The translations under genes and the position numbers were made by a program. The notes beneath the pieces are model-generated. The model worked only from the letters and a program-made list of their open reading frames with translations, did no database searches and was not told the origin of the DNA. A stretch of DNA of 64,000 nucleotides from Rhizodiscina lignyota (taxonomy: Eukaryota): the NCBI GenBank assembly GCA_010015805.1, contig ML978131.1:620001-684000 (forward strand), in the 5' to 3' direction. Below, one piece after another: positions 24,196-36,300 of this stretch; positions within the stretch are counted from its first letter, which is position 1, and the number at the start of each line of letters is the position of its first letter.

Positions 24196-25985
24196 CTATT
24201 CCCCTGTATTTTTCTCCGCTGTACCACCATCACCTGTCTCAATACTGGTTTTCTTGTCTTCCCCTGCGATGCCAAACTGTGTATCCAATTCCTCTCTCAG
24301 CGGGACTTCTTTCTCTATGAAAGCCAGCAGAAAACCAAAGCCGGCGAAGCCAATGGCAATCTGCCAAATACGTCGAAGACTTTCATCCAGTACAGTTATG
24401 AATTGGCGGCGAGACGGCTCTTGGAGCATGTCGCGAAAGGCAGCCGTGGCATGCGAGTATGCTTGGCGGCCGATCAACTCTTCTCTGACCGTTGCGTTTG
24501 TGATCTGGTAAGCCAGTTGGCTGAAGCGGTTATCAAAGATGGCCGCCGGGATGGCTGTACCCCAAGTCATGCCAAAGCTTCGCAGGAAGGACCATGTTCC
24601 CGCAGCGAGCGCCGTATCAGCCTCAGGGAGCGATGCCATCACAGCAGGAAGTAAGGTTGGAATGATCAAGCCGCTTCCCAGGGAAACAACAACCTGATAT
24701 CCGACCCATGCGCCAGTGCTAGAGTTCTCGTCCAGCAGCGTGAACAAACCGTACCCGACAACCATCAGAGCATAGCTGGCATGGTGGATGGGACGGTAGC
24801 GGCCTAGCTTGGACATGACAATGCCTCCCGAAGCAGCAGCAGGAATGATCACAAGGATTGAAGGAAGTAACTGGATCCCTGAGCGGCTCGGTGAAGCATC
24901 AAGAACGCCCTGAAAGTAGAGCGGCAGAAAGTAAAGAGCCCAGAGGCCAGTGTTACTATGCATGAATGTGAGAGCATATGCTGTGGCGGAGGTTCGGTTT
25001 GATAGAAGTCGGAGCGGCATGGTCGGCTGTGAGACAAAACGGGATCCTTCAAATACCAGGAATGCTCCAAGACCTGCCAGGCCGACGATCAAGGGCACGA
25101 GGACGTGGAAGGATGACCATTCGTATATGCTGCCGGCCCAGGATAAAGATATGAGAATGGAGCAGACCGACAGGACGAAGATGACGTTGCCAAACCAATC
25201 AATCATCGCCAACCTCGTTGAGAGGGTCATCTCCTTGATATAGTTCACATTCAGGAAAAGGTATAAAAGTACGAGCGCGAGGCCTCCGATAGGCAGGTTC
25301 AGATAGAAGATCCAGCGCCATGATGAATGTTGGACAATAAGTCCACCAAAGAGGGGTCCAAGGGCAGTACCCAGGGCAATGACTCCAAAGATTATGGCCA
25401 GATATGTGCCCCGCTCCCGCATAGGAACGAGATCACAAATGATAATCTCCATGAGAACATTGATGCCGGCTGCACCAATGCCCTGCAGCACGCGTCCTGC
25501 TATCAGCATCCCGATGTTGTTGGCACCTCCGCATATACCGCTGCCAAAGGTATAAATAGCCGTCGCTATAATCATGGGCCAACGACGACCGAATACATTG
25601 GAGAGCTGGCCATACAGTGGTTGTAGTGATGTCCTGCCATCCTTGTCAGTCTTTGTAACTTCGTCTTTTGTTGCACATCCAGCGGTGGACTCAAGTACAT
25701 TGCCAGAAAATAGCCGTTTATGACCCATATGAAGAGATCTCCACCACCCAGGTCGACTAGAATAGATGGTAGGGCGGTCGATGTGAAAGTGGCTTCAATG
25801 GCCGTGAGGAGGCCAGTGACGGCGAGGGCCCCGAGGATCACCCAAAATTTGATATTCTTGTTCAGGCTCGTTGAATTTGTCTTTCCTCCAACCTTTGACA
25901 CCCTCCCACTTGTCGGGTCAAGATCAGTTGCTTCATCTCTGCCGCTAGAGCCAAGTGTATCAGGTAGTTGTGTATCCAGTTGCAT
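24196..25985 (-). CDS. MFS drug/metabolite efflux pump (14-TM DHA2-type); intron 25634-25698
   Basis: QPLYGQLSNVFGRR, GRVLQGIGAAG, LGPLFGGLIVQHSSWRWIFYLNLPIG; many TM helices; in-frame splice. Confidence 0.92.
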
Positions 25986-26394
25986 CTTAACTCTGCCAAT
26001 GGCTCGCGAATGGTGCAATATGATAGCCTCGGAGGCACGATATGGCGAATAGTGTGGCGATAGGTGCGATAGTATTTCTCTAGAGCGCCGTCGTCTCTGT
26101 AAATATGCCGCAAGGTTGCCGGCAGATGTCTACAATTGACATCTGACGGGGCTAAGTAGCTTTGGAGGCCCTCAGGCGTCGTTAGATGGTCCGTTCCTAC
26201 AGAAAGGTTAGTCTATAAAGCAGTTTGCGATGTCGCTAGTCCTTGCCTGCTCTGAAAACGACAATCTGTCACTGCAGCATTGGTATAGCCCCAGGACGTA
26301 CGCTAGAACGCAGACTGCAGGTCTTTGTTGGCAATGGATTTTAGATCTGCAGAAGGTATTTAGATTTCGTGACAAAATATGTCTACCAAATTTG

Positions 26395-26635
26395 TTCGGG
26401 ACATTGGGGACCATTTAAGGTGGACTGCAGGGTCAAATTTAGGGTGGTGCCTCTACCACTTGATACATTCGGAGTATTTTGCATTCGGATGATTCCCGCC
26501 ATGTTCGGAGGATTTAATCTGTCAATTCATCAACACTGCACACAACCCACTAAAAGTCTAACGGATTCGGTGGATTATGGTTCGGAACGACAATAAATGA
26601 TACGTACCTGGTGTTCCGAATAAAAATCTACCGAA
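26395..26635. promoter_or_regulatory. Array of TTCGG half-sites forming CGG-N12/13-CGG direct repeats upstream of the MFS gene (candidate Zn2Cys6 binding sites)
   Basis: 8 TTCGG/CCGAA in ~240 bp; TTCGGTGGATTATGGTTCGGA (26566-26586) and the reverse complement of 26615-26635, TTCGGTAGATTTTTATTCGGA, match at 17/21. Confidence 0.55.
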
Positions 26636-26791
26636 TTCCAGAGGCTCGGTACCTCATTGTGGTAAGGTCCCAGCCCTTGCACTCTTAAGTCTGTTCGAGG
26701 ATGGATACAACCTTGGTAAGGCCAATGCTATAAGCCAAAAGTAAGTATTCTTCATACTGGGTTCTAAATTGCTGCTAGATCCATGAGAAAT

Positions 26792-29700
26792 CTACCGCGA
26801 TAGATACTTCTCAAGATCATCGTTAGACACTTCGTGCATGGTACCCTCACATACCCATACATCCCCCACCCGAGTGTACACAAAGCCATTCTCACAGCTT
26901 CCTAAATCTCGTATTGCTTTCTGGATATCCTTCTCTCTGGCCTTCTCATCCTCCATTTGCTTGATTCTGTCCTCAGCCTCCTTCCATCTACGCATCTCGT
27001 CCTCATTGAAACCATGTTGCTCTGCATTCCTCCGGAATTCCACCGATGCCTGCTTTAGCCGATCGATTTCCCCATCTCTGGCAGCGATATATTCATCCTG
27101 GGTTTTTTTTGCCTCCTCTATCTGGCGCCGTGTTGCATCATCCACGACCTCGTGCTGATGGGGTCTATTTGGTCTCTGGCCGTCATCACTACTTGAGCTC
27201 GAGGAGAAAATGTCATCGATGCTCAGCAAATCTTCTTCGTACTCCTGCTCGTCTTCGTCTACCTCTTCGATTCTGCGGAACTTGGTATCAAGTGGCGAGA
27301 AAGGTGGCTCGTCGTCGGGGATGGATGTGATGGAATCTACGCGCTGCACTGGTCGAAACACACTGGCAGTCCCCGTTTGGGCACGATCAGTATGTGTGTG
27401 CATAGTTGGCGGCGGCAAAGAGTGACCGAAATCACTTGCAAATGGGTTGGCTTTCGGGCTGATCACATGGTCATGCTGGTCAGCTGGTTTGGAGTTGGAC
27501 CGGTCTGCGTGAGTCTCCCACTCTTGATTAATGCGAGCCATGACTGTTTCTGCAGTCACCGGTGGGAGACCATCCAGATCACTGGCTGTGTTGTCCACCA
27601 TCTCTTGGAGATGTGTGAAACCGATACTTTTCGCAAGAGCCTGGATGTGATGCGCGTTGCTCCAAGTTGAGAGACGGTTGACGTCGTTGAAGTATTCCAG
27701 AACCTTCTTATATGCCGTTGAAGATGGATCCTCCAGAAATGGTGCCTCGACCTGGCCTTTTTGAAGCTCATGGTTCAGTAGAGACACGCACTTGTCCGGC
27801 CCGATGTTCTCAAATTTGATCTCCTCAGTGAATAGACCAGACAGCCCCGGCCGAGCAGCCATGAGCTGATTCATTTCATCTGTGAGACCGACGAGAACCA
27901 CAACAATCCTACCCTTGTTTTCTACCATGCTCAAAAACTGTATCAATTCGTTTGCAGCCTCACTGGCGTAGTGAGGCTCTTTCAGTTGCTGAGCTTCTTC
28001 GATGACAAGAACTTTGCCAAGCGCCTTTTGGAGCTGGAGCTTCGTTTTGGGTGCTGTTTGACCAATGTACTGGCCAATCAAATCAGACGAAGTGCAAGAA
28101 ACCACCGTACTAGTGGATAAGAAGCCAATGTCGTAAAAGATTTTGCCCATTTCGAGAGCAGCGGTCGTCTTTCCAGTGCCTTTGATTGGTCAGAAATGAA
28201 CATAACACAGACGGGCCACGTACCTGGAGGCCCTTTGAAGATGAAATTTGTTGGCACCCAGTCTCTGGGATCAAGCCCGCGCTTGTGGGCAACAATTGAA
28301 AGTTTCTGGAACCTTTCCAGCTTCACAATGACATTCTCACCAACCCGACCTTCGAGAAGCTTTCTGCAGGTCCCAACACCAGCTGAGGTCCTATTAAAGT
28401 TTGGATCGATATCCTGTGACTCGAACACCACCTCAAATGGACGCTCCAAAACATCAACATTTGCATACCTGCTCTCATAATTCATCTTGGCATCAGCCAT
28501 CAAGCGTTCAACTTCGCCTGCATTCGAAAAGTTTGGCCGCATCAATGCTCTTTCGAAAATTCCGCGGGCAACCTCGTAGGCATCATCAGTAGCATCCAGG
28601 TCTTGCTCTTTCATCTTCTTCCGCATGATATTTTCCAGCTCTGAAACAGTGAAATTGTCAAACCGAAAGGGACTCTCGATCGGAAATCGCCTGGACAGTC
28701 CAGGATTGGCGTGGTGGAACATGTTCTTCAGCTTGTCTTCATAGCCGACGAGGATAATAGCTCTGTCCTCGCCCAAGACACCTTGGACTTCGGCAACAAT
28801 CGTATCAATGACACCACTACGGTATGAGTCTGTTTGCATGTCGCCGGGGTGGAGCATATACGCTTCGTCAATAACGAGCACTTTTCCAACTGTAGAGGCT
28901 AAAATGGCCCTTGTATTGGCCTCCGACTTGCCCACGGCATCGCCGATGAAATCTGAAGGGTTCTTAAGAACAACTAATACAGTCAGCTAGCCCGAAGCTA
29001 TGTGGGTGCTGCGTACCATCACCCCGACTAAGGAGTCCAAGGTCGGCCAGAATTTGACCATACAATCTGGCAACCGTTGTCTTTCCCGTCCCTGGATTGC
29101 CAACAAAGACTTGGTTCAGGGGTACTCTGACTGGATTCCTCTCGGCAAGTTCACGTTTATAGTTAAACTCGATCATCCTAAACAGTTGCTTCACAGACTT
29201 CTTGACGCTATCGAGTCCGATCAGCTTCTCCAACTCTTTCCAGGCCTGGCTGTCTTTTGAGGCTTGTGATGGATCCGGTCCGATCAGGTCTTCCTTTTTG
29301 AAAAAGAAACGGTCAGGATCTCCATGGTTGTGCTGGTCGTTTTTGTGTTTCCGAACTTCATTTCTTATGCGTAAAGCTTGGCGTTCCGAAATGGTGGCAA
29401 GAAGGTTCTCAACCGCACGAGCATTGCCAAACGACTTGCTTCCACGGCCAAGACCCAGTCGGCGAATGGCAATGTGCATATACAAGCCGCCCATATCGTC
29501 GTCGACCTTCATTCTTCCACCGTACTTGGCCTCAATCTTGTCACACATGATTTTCCAGAGTTCGTCATCCGAAAAGTCGGCAAAAGTCAGTGTGTATGGA
29601 ATTCTACTCGCCAATCCAGGATTGTGCTCGAAGAAAGCTTCCATGTCGCTCTTGTACCCTGCGAAAATGGCCAGCAGCTTCTCAATATTGTTCTCCATTT

Positions 29701-31034
29701 CTGTGAGAATGACGTCGAGTGCTTGCCGCCCTTGGTTGGATGAGTGTGGCGCAACAAGTTGATACGCTTCATCAACGAAGAGCGTGCCTCCATCAGAGTC
29801 GCTTAATAGTTTCTTGATACTCTTCTTGGCGCCTTTTGGCCCTCTATACGCCAACTTTGCTCCCGTGGTGTTCTTCATCTTTTTCGATTCCAAAGCTCCA
29901 ACAAGGTGCATGAACTCTCCATAAATTAGGGCAACAGTCGTCTTCCCTGTGTGAATTTGGTCAGTATGGTTTGGACGGAGAGGAACATCTCTAACCTGTT
30001 CCGGGGTTCCCTTGGAAGATGACGTTGAACCTCTCTGTTTTCACGTTCACTTGGTGTTTTTTGTGATCACGACTGCGATTACGCTTGCGCTTGCGATATG
30101 ACCAAGTATCGCTATCCCAACACTCACTGCCACTATCGGAGTCGGAATTGAGCGCGGCCTGTTGATCTCGGCAGGTATCGATCTTGGCTAAAATTGAAAG
30201 AAATTGAGCCTTCACTTCTTCCAGCCCAACCAAGGCCATCAGCTGATCGATCTTCTGTGCCCATTCCTCGTTGGTAATGTGCTCGTTTTGTTGCTTGTGC
30301 TTTTCCCATTCTTCTTTTGCGGTAGATGGCTTGAGTTTGAATCGTTTAGCGGCAGCAATGTTGTCAAGTGCTGGCATTTCCTGAGTTTTTGTCTCCTTTG
30401 CTGGATGCAATGAATCTTCTCCTGCTGGATCTGGTGGACGTTCCGAGGTTTCTGCCATTTCCGGAGTTGGCATGTCATTTGGTACTGGCATGTCTTTGGG
30501 TGTTAGTGCATCTTCTGACGGGGATGCATCTTTTGACAGTGGTGCATCTTCTGGCTCTGGCGCATCTTCTGGCTCTGGCGCATCTTCTGGCTCTGGCGCA
30601 TCTTCTGGCTCTGGCGCATCTTCCGCTCTTGGTGCTTCATCCTGTGATGGTGTATCCTCTGATACTGATACAGCTTCTGATGTTGGTGTATCTTCTAGCA
30701 CTGTTGCCTCAGTTTCTGACGCTGGAAAATCTTCTGATACTGCCGCCTCAGCTTCTGGTATTGATGCATCAGCATCTTCTTCAACACCCTGATCATGCGC
30801 CTCTCCTAGAAGCGAAGCATCTGGCTTTCCTGCACTATAAGATATGGAAGTTCGACGAGAAGACCCTGCACTGTGAATTCTGTTGACTTCTTCCTCCGGT
30901 TCGGACTTTGGGCTTGGAGGCGACGACAAGCTGGGTCCTGAGGATTCACTGCTTGCTAAAGGGGCCGCTGCGTCTTCCTCAGTATCTGATACCACTGCAT
31001 CGAGGGATGCTGACGCTGCAGAATTGGAGTCCAT
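26792..31034 (-). CDS. Triple CbxX/CfxQ(SpoVK)-type AAA+ ATPase with an acidic N-terminus and a C-terminal Cys/His motif; exons 31034-29996, 29946-29017, 28973-28224, 28179-26792; 1368 aa
   Basis: Walker A GNPGTGKTTVA, GNPGTGKTTVAR, GPPGTGKTTAAR; Walker B LFVDEAY, LVIDEAY, LVIEEAQ; NPGLASR, FGNARAVEN; C-terminal LGSCENGFVY...WVCEGTMHEVS; three 43-49 nt GT-AG introns restore one frame. Confidence 0.9.
30544..30623. repeat. Perfect 18-bp coding tandem repeat, 4.4 copies (PEPEDA units)
   Basis: (GCATCTTCTGGCTCTGGC)4 plus GCATCTTC, flanked by degenerate 18-bp units. Confidence 0.95.
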
Positions 31035-31917
31035 TGTCTCATTGAAAGCTCGTCTGAAGAAAGGAAATATGTGCGCTACGTGATGCTAGCTTTTGAGTTT
31101 TGACTTTGAATTTCGAGTTCATACCCTTTTGCGCGTACAAACATTCGAACGTGCCTAGCCAGCTTCCACTTGTATCGATGCGGAGATGGAATTGGGCGCT
31201 TGCAGATACCAACGTGTCGGATGGGACGCAGACCTGCATTCAGCCTCGCGGTCACTCTGGACTCGACAAGCAACCCTGTCGGGCTCGACACAGTTATTGG
31301 CGTTGCCTCATGCTTGACCGACGCTTCCGCTTAAGCCATGACCCACATCAACTCTCGGACGAATTTTACTGTTCATTGAATCGGTTAATCAGTCGAAGCC
31401 TGCTGAGGTGCGAAAGATGCACCTTCTGGGCCGCTAAATTCAGCGATATTTGCTAAGGGAAAGGGGTTCTCAGCCGGATAGAGTAAGTACGGCGAAGCCG
31501 GTTGGGCACGGAAACTGTATCTATGGATTCCGACTCAACTTCATGCAAAAAAACATCGTTAGTGTGATGTATGTCGAACAGCGTTTGCAAAATTCGGAAG
31601 TTAGCTATTTCAATTGAGGTGCTTTTTTGGAAGTTCAGCTTGAAACGCAGCTGCCGGCGTCACGCTAGCAGGGGTTACTCATCTGGTTTCGGCAGGACCC
31701 GCATTGCTTCTCACTTCGTGGCTTTCACCGGTTCCTCCTTTTGATTCCCACCTTGTGCTTTGCGCCTCATGTTTTGCAATGGACTTACACGTGTCTCCAT
31801 TGCACCTATCCACTCCAGTGACGAAGTATGCTAGGTGAGTCTAATCTTTAAACGCAGTAGCTGATAAATCTTGCATGCGGTTATCTAGTGATTGGAAGAA
31901 CTATGTGACGACGCTTT

Positions 31918-32799
31918 CTAGACCAATTCGATACGGCCGTTGGTGTCATCTTCAGCCTCTTCCTCCTCTTCGTCGGCCAAATCCAGATCAAAATCATTCA
32001 CGGTAAGCTTCGTGAGGTCAAGTTCTTGTTTGTCCTCTTCCCCAAACGCAGCCTCGTGCTTTTGTGGCTGCAATCCTTGTCGGTCCATGCGGATCTCTTT
32101 TAGTATGTTCATCTTAACAAGGCTGTATGCGACAGCAATGATCTCGTCCTTGCCAATAGTCTGCTTTCTATCGCGGCTCAAGCTAGCCGAGGCATTGTAG
32201 TCAACTGAAGGGTCCAAAGCCTCTGCAGGGATCAATCCGGGGGAAGCTCCGGCTGCTGTGAGTGCAGTTTTAACAGGGATTTTCGCGTTGACTTTGTCGC
32301 TTGAGCTCGAATCGGTTGTTCTTTCCCAAGACGCATCACTGGTGGTGAGGAAGCCAGTGACGAAGTAGCCCTTTTTGCCTTTGGTGGCCAAAAGGAACTT
32401 TTTGACATCAGCTCGATAATGTTGATCATCCATGAGTTCCTCGAAGAATTCATCCGGGTTCTGAAGTCTGTATTCATCTACAGACTTGGGGTGCATGACG
32501 ACGGTCTCCTTGGTATCTGTGTCAAACTGGAGCCCGAGAAACTCGCCAACACCGGCGCCAAACCCTCTTTTCTTACCGGCCACAACATGATCTTTGGTGA
32601 TATTGCGTGTCACTGGCTCTGGAAGAAGATCCTCAATGAGATCCGCTGGACGATGCGCTGGAATCTTCGCGGGCTGGCGTTTCGAAGGAGCATAGTTATC
32701 GAGTGGACGAAGTTTGTCCGCGACAATAAGGCACATCAACTCATCTTTCTCCTTCGAAGCGAGGGTGTCGTCAAGAACAAAGAAGCGCCGACCAGCCAT
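31918..32799 (-). CDS. Gasdermin-like pore-forming protein (HET-Q1/RCD-1 family), 293 aa, intronless
   Basis: ATG in CAAAAATGGC context; motif order LIVADKLRPL, YRLQNPDEFFEELM, KGYFVTGFLT, Ser/Thr-rich amphipathic strands, IIAVAYSLVK, then AAF followed by a 41-aa acidic tail; divergent from a CHAT protease gene. Confidence 0.8.
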   Translation of the reverse strand: MAGRRFFVLDDTLASKEKDELMCLIVADKLRPLDNYAPSKRQPAKIPAHRPADLIEDLLPEPVTRNITKDHVVAGKKRGFGAGVGEFLGLQFDTDTKETVVMHPKSVDEYRLQNPDEFFEELMDDQHYRADVKKFLLATKGKKGYFVTGFLTTSDASWERTTDSSSSDKVNAKIPVKTALTAAGASPGLIPAEALDPSVDYNASASLSRDRKQTIGKDEIIAVAYSLVKMNILKEIRMDRQGLQPQKHEAAFGEEDKQELDLTKLTVNDFDLDLADEEEEEAEDDTNGRIELV

Positions 32800-33388
32800 T
32801 TTTGGATAAAGCTTTTTAGGCAAGGTGCGATTATTGATTTGTCGCTAATTGGAGTACCGAGAAGCAAAGCAATGGGAATCAAGCTCGCGTGCACAAGGAA
32901 AGGTTAACAAGAGAATTTCTCAGGCATCCGCCCTCCTAGCCCAGATATCTAGAGTAATGAGTTAGGTACAACGCTGCAATGTCCTGTCCTCAGCCTTGTC
33001 AAATGACGGACAGCTCCAGCTTTGTCTGTGCCCGGCAACTTTAGTCGATGCCACATTACCCAACTCCGCAGTGACGGGACCTCCGGGCTCGTCTAACCTG
33101 GGCCAGGAGAAGGCATGGAGTGGTTTCTCCTGCAAGGCTACCCAACCCCTGCAACTGCAGCCAGCGCATACGCGATAGTTCAACCTGGAATCCAGCGCAC
33201 CAAGGCAAAAAGTGGCGAGCAATCGTATGAGCTGCCAGCCTGTGAAACTTGCAACAGCACTCGTGTGCATTGTTCACTCGACATGCTTCATCGGATTAAG
33301 TTCTGATACTGTCTCCCTCTTGTTTCTTGCTCGAGACGAGACAGGCAAACTAATATTCAAGTCGCCTCTATTATTTCTCCTGTCCAGT
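32800..33388. promoter_or_regulatory. Probable bidirectional promoter of the gasdermin-like and CHAT-STAND genes
   Basis: 589-bp interval between head-to-head ATGs. Confidence 0.5.
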
Positions 33389-36300
33389 ATGGCACCTAAT
33401 GTCGCAATCAACATCACAGCTAGTGAAGCCATTCCCGATGAAGCTGACACCAACGAAGGGCCTGAAAACAAGTTGCATCGCTGGTCTATATCTGTTTCAG
33501 TCAATGGGAAATCTATATACGCCCACAGAGTAATCGAAGATCCGTTCCTGAACCCACACGGAGAAGAAGAAGAGGATAAAAGGGAAGAATGCCGTTGGTA
33601 TGTTGAAGAATTCGCCATCAAAGAGCCGTTTAAGCAACAAAAGGCTTCCGAGGTCGCCGAACAGCTTCAGACATATGCTACGTCTCTACTTACCCAACTC
33701 GGGCTTCAGCAGGTGCTGAAAGATGAGCTGCAAGACGACGCCAACGAGGATGACGCCAATGATAATCCACATGTTTTGATAGCGATTTCAGAAGATTTGG
33801 ACGTTAAGAGCTCAATCCACCGTTTACATTGGGAACTGCTCGAAGATTCAGCCGTGTGGGATCTCCAGGCCGAGATTACTGTCAAGCGCCTTGTCAAAAT
33901 GAGACGTGCTACTCCATCGCTGCTTATTGCAGAGGTGAAACCGGATGAGCAACATCCCACCAAGGTTACGGTAGTGAATGGCTTACTGGTTGTCGCTCGT
34001 GATCTCTCAGAGAGTTCACAGAAGAGTGACATCAATCCTAACCTCGCCTTCGGTGTCCTTGCAAACATTCAAAAGGACCTCGTCAGTTTTTCAGATGGCG
34101 CTCGGCTGAACCTTGAGGTAGTCAGGCCCGGAACTTTCAAGGCGCTACAGGAACACTTGGATCGAGCCGCGGAAATGCACGGCAAGGGCCATTACCATTT
34201 CATCCATTTCGACCTTCATGGGAAAGTAGATAAGGAAACAAGCACTGCCAGCTTGCTCTTCAATGATTCCGAGCTGAACGAAAAGAAACGAGTCGAGGAG
34301 CCTGCTCACAAGGTCGCCTCTCTACTCGGATCTCATAATATCAGCGTTGCCATCCTCAATGCCTGCGAATCGGCCAAGGCTGACTCTGGAGATTCTGCCA
34401 ACGTCGCGAAAACTTTCGTTGACGGTGGAGTTAAGAGTGTTTTGGCAATGTCATACAAACTATCCAGCTCAGCAGCCGAGCCATTCCTCAGGGGCCTCTA
34501 CCATTCGCTATTTCTCGATGGCAACACGCTGCCACAAGCGGCTAGAAATGCTCGAACCATGCTACGTGAGAATCCGCACCGTCATGCAAGGCTTGGTCTG
34601 AAGGTAGCAGTCAATGACTACTTCATCCCAGTCCTCTATAGTCATGGACAGGACCCAAAATTCATCCCTCGACAGAGAAAGCGCATCTCCAGCCAGTTTG
34701 GACTTGTCGACTTTGCGAGGCGCCGTGGAGAGCTTAGGTCTAATGATACCAGGCCTTTGACTGGCCGAGACTTTGACGTTTTGCGATTAGAGAAATGTCT
34801 GATCGAACATGGCAAGGTTCACCTCTCTGGACGTGCCGGTGTAGGCAAGACAGCACTGCTGCGCTACGCAAGTACAATCTGGATCCAGACCTCGTTCATC
34901 GACACCGTTGCATTTATTGACCTTTCCAAAGTCAAGGACTTGCCTAATGCAGTCAATGCTTTGATTTCTCAAATACCGAGAGCGACGGATGAATTGGCAT
35001 ATGATCTCAGGCTGGCACTTGAGTCTGAGAACTCCAACGACAAGTCACTATCGACACTTATTTCAATTTGCTCCGAACAATCACTTGTATTCGTCGTCGA
35101 CAGCATTCCATCCGACAAGCAGATCAAAATGTCTCTCGATCCAAACGACATGACAGACTTTAAAGCCATGGACCGCTTCCTGGGAACGCTGCTTCGGCTG
35201 AACGAAACCGTGAAATCGACTCGTGTTATTTTTGTTTCCCGATTGAATGGGGACGAATTACCAATCTCCAAGGAATTGCATACTGGCATCAGTGGCGTAA
35301 CCATGAGGCTCCAACCACTCGGATTAGATGATGCTGTTCAACTGAGCCAGTTGATCCTCGAGAGCTCCGGGCTGCATATGGATGACTGGAAAGACAGTCA
35401 CGACCGACAGCTCAAGCTGCTTGTTGGTCTGTGCGACGGCAACCCTTCAGTAATTGCGCAGGTTTCTCACCAGATGCCCAGTTCTGGTAAATCGCTTGAA
35501 GACTTTCTGGACCAGATCCAGGTCGGAATTCCTCCAGAGCATCAAGCCTTTGGCGAAGGACAGGATCTCGTTGATGAGCTGGACCATATATTCAACTCAT
35601 TCAACGATGAGCAGCGCGCTTTCTTCATCTTCATCAGTGTCTTTTGGACTGAAGCTTTTCCAATCTCCTATTTCACTGACTGGATTGTTGCAATGGAGAT
35701 ATGCAAGGACCAGAGAAATAGTCTAGCCATCCAATATCTTCAGGCACGGGGCATTATCGAGCTTGGACTGCTAATGACGAAGCCCAACGACGAGGAAACC
35801 GGATTAAAAATGATCACTTGGATCCACCCACTCCTTACGACATACGGTCGAAGAATTGCGTACAACACGCTCGCGAAGAAACGAGGCCGCCTGGGGAAAA
35901 GCCAAATCGAGGCAGCTACACTGGTTTGCCTGGTAATGGGCACAAAGTTCAAGGCGGGAAGGCAGTCTAAAAGGTTTCTCGCTTTGAGTCAGAGCGTGTT
36001 CCTCTGGCTCATTCAAGGTATTGCGGGTGCTGACGGTCAACGACTGGCGGTATCCATCTTGGAAGGGCTAGAATATGCGAAGCTAGCTTCCTTCCTGCCT
36101 CTTCAAACGGGTAACTTAGCTCTCTGTTTATCGTTATGCCTACGTCTGCCTCTGGAATTATGGCGTCTAGATTATTTCGAGTTCCATGTTGCCAACCTAC
36201 GCTTGGTCGCTAGACCCGAACATCTGGAGCAATTCACTCGCCGCTTTGGGGATCTTCTAGACAAACTTTTGGAGCTTAACGGCGGATGTGCCATTCCACA

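Noticed and set aside
30544..30623. Tandem repeats as a CRISPR-like array
   Set aside because: No spacers, in-frame coding repeat, eukaryotic context
33212..33388. N-terminal extensions of ORF-track calls starting at GTG/TTG (also 32800-32823 and 18180-18203)
   Set aside because: Eukaryotic genes; downstream ATGs were used instead
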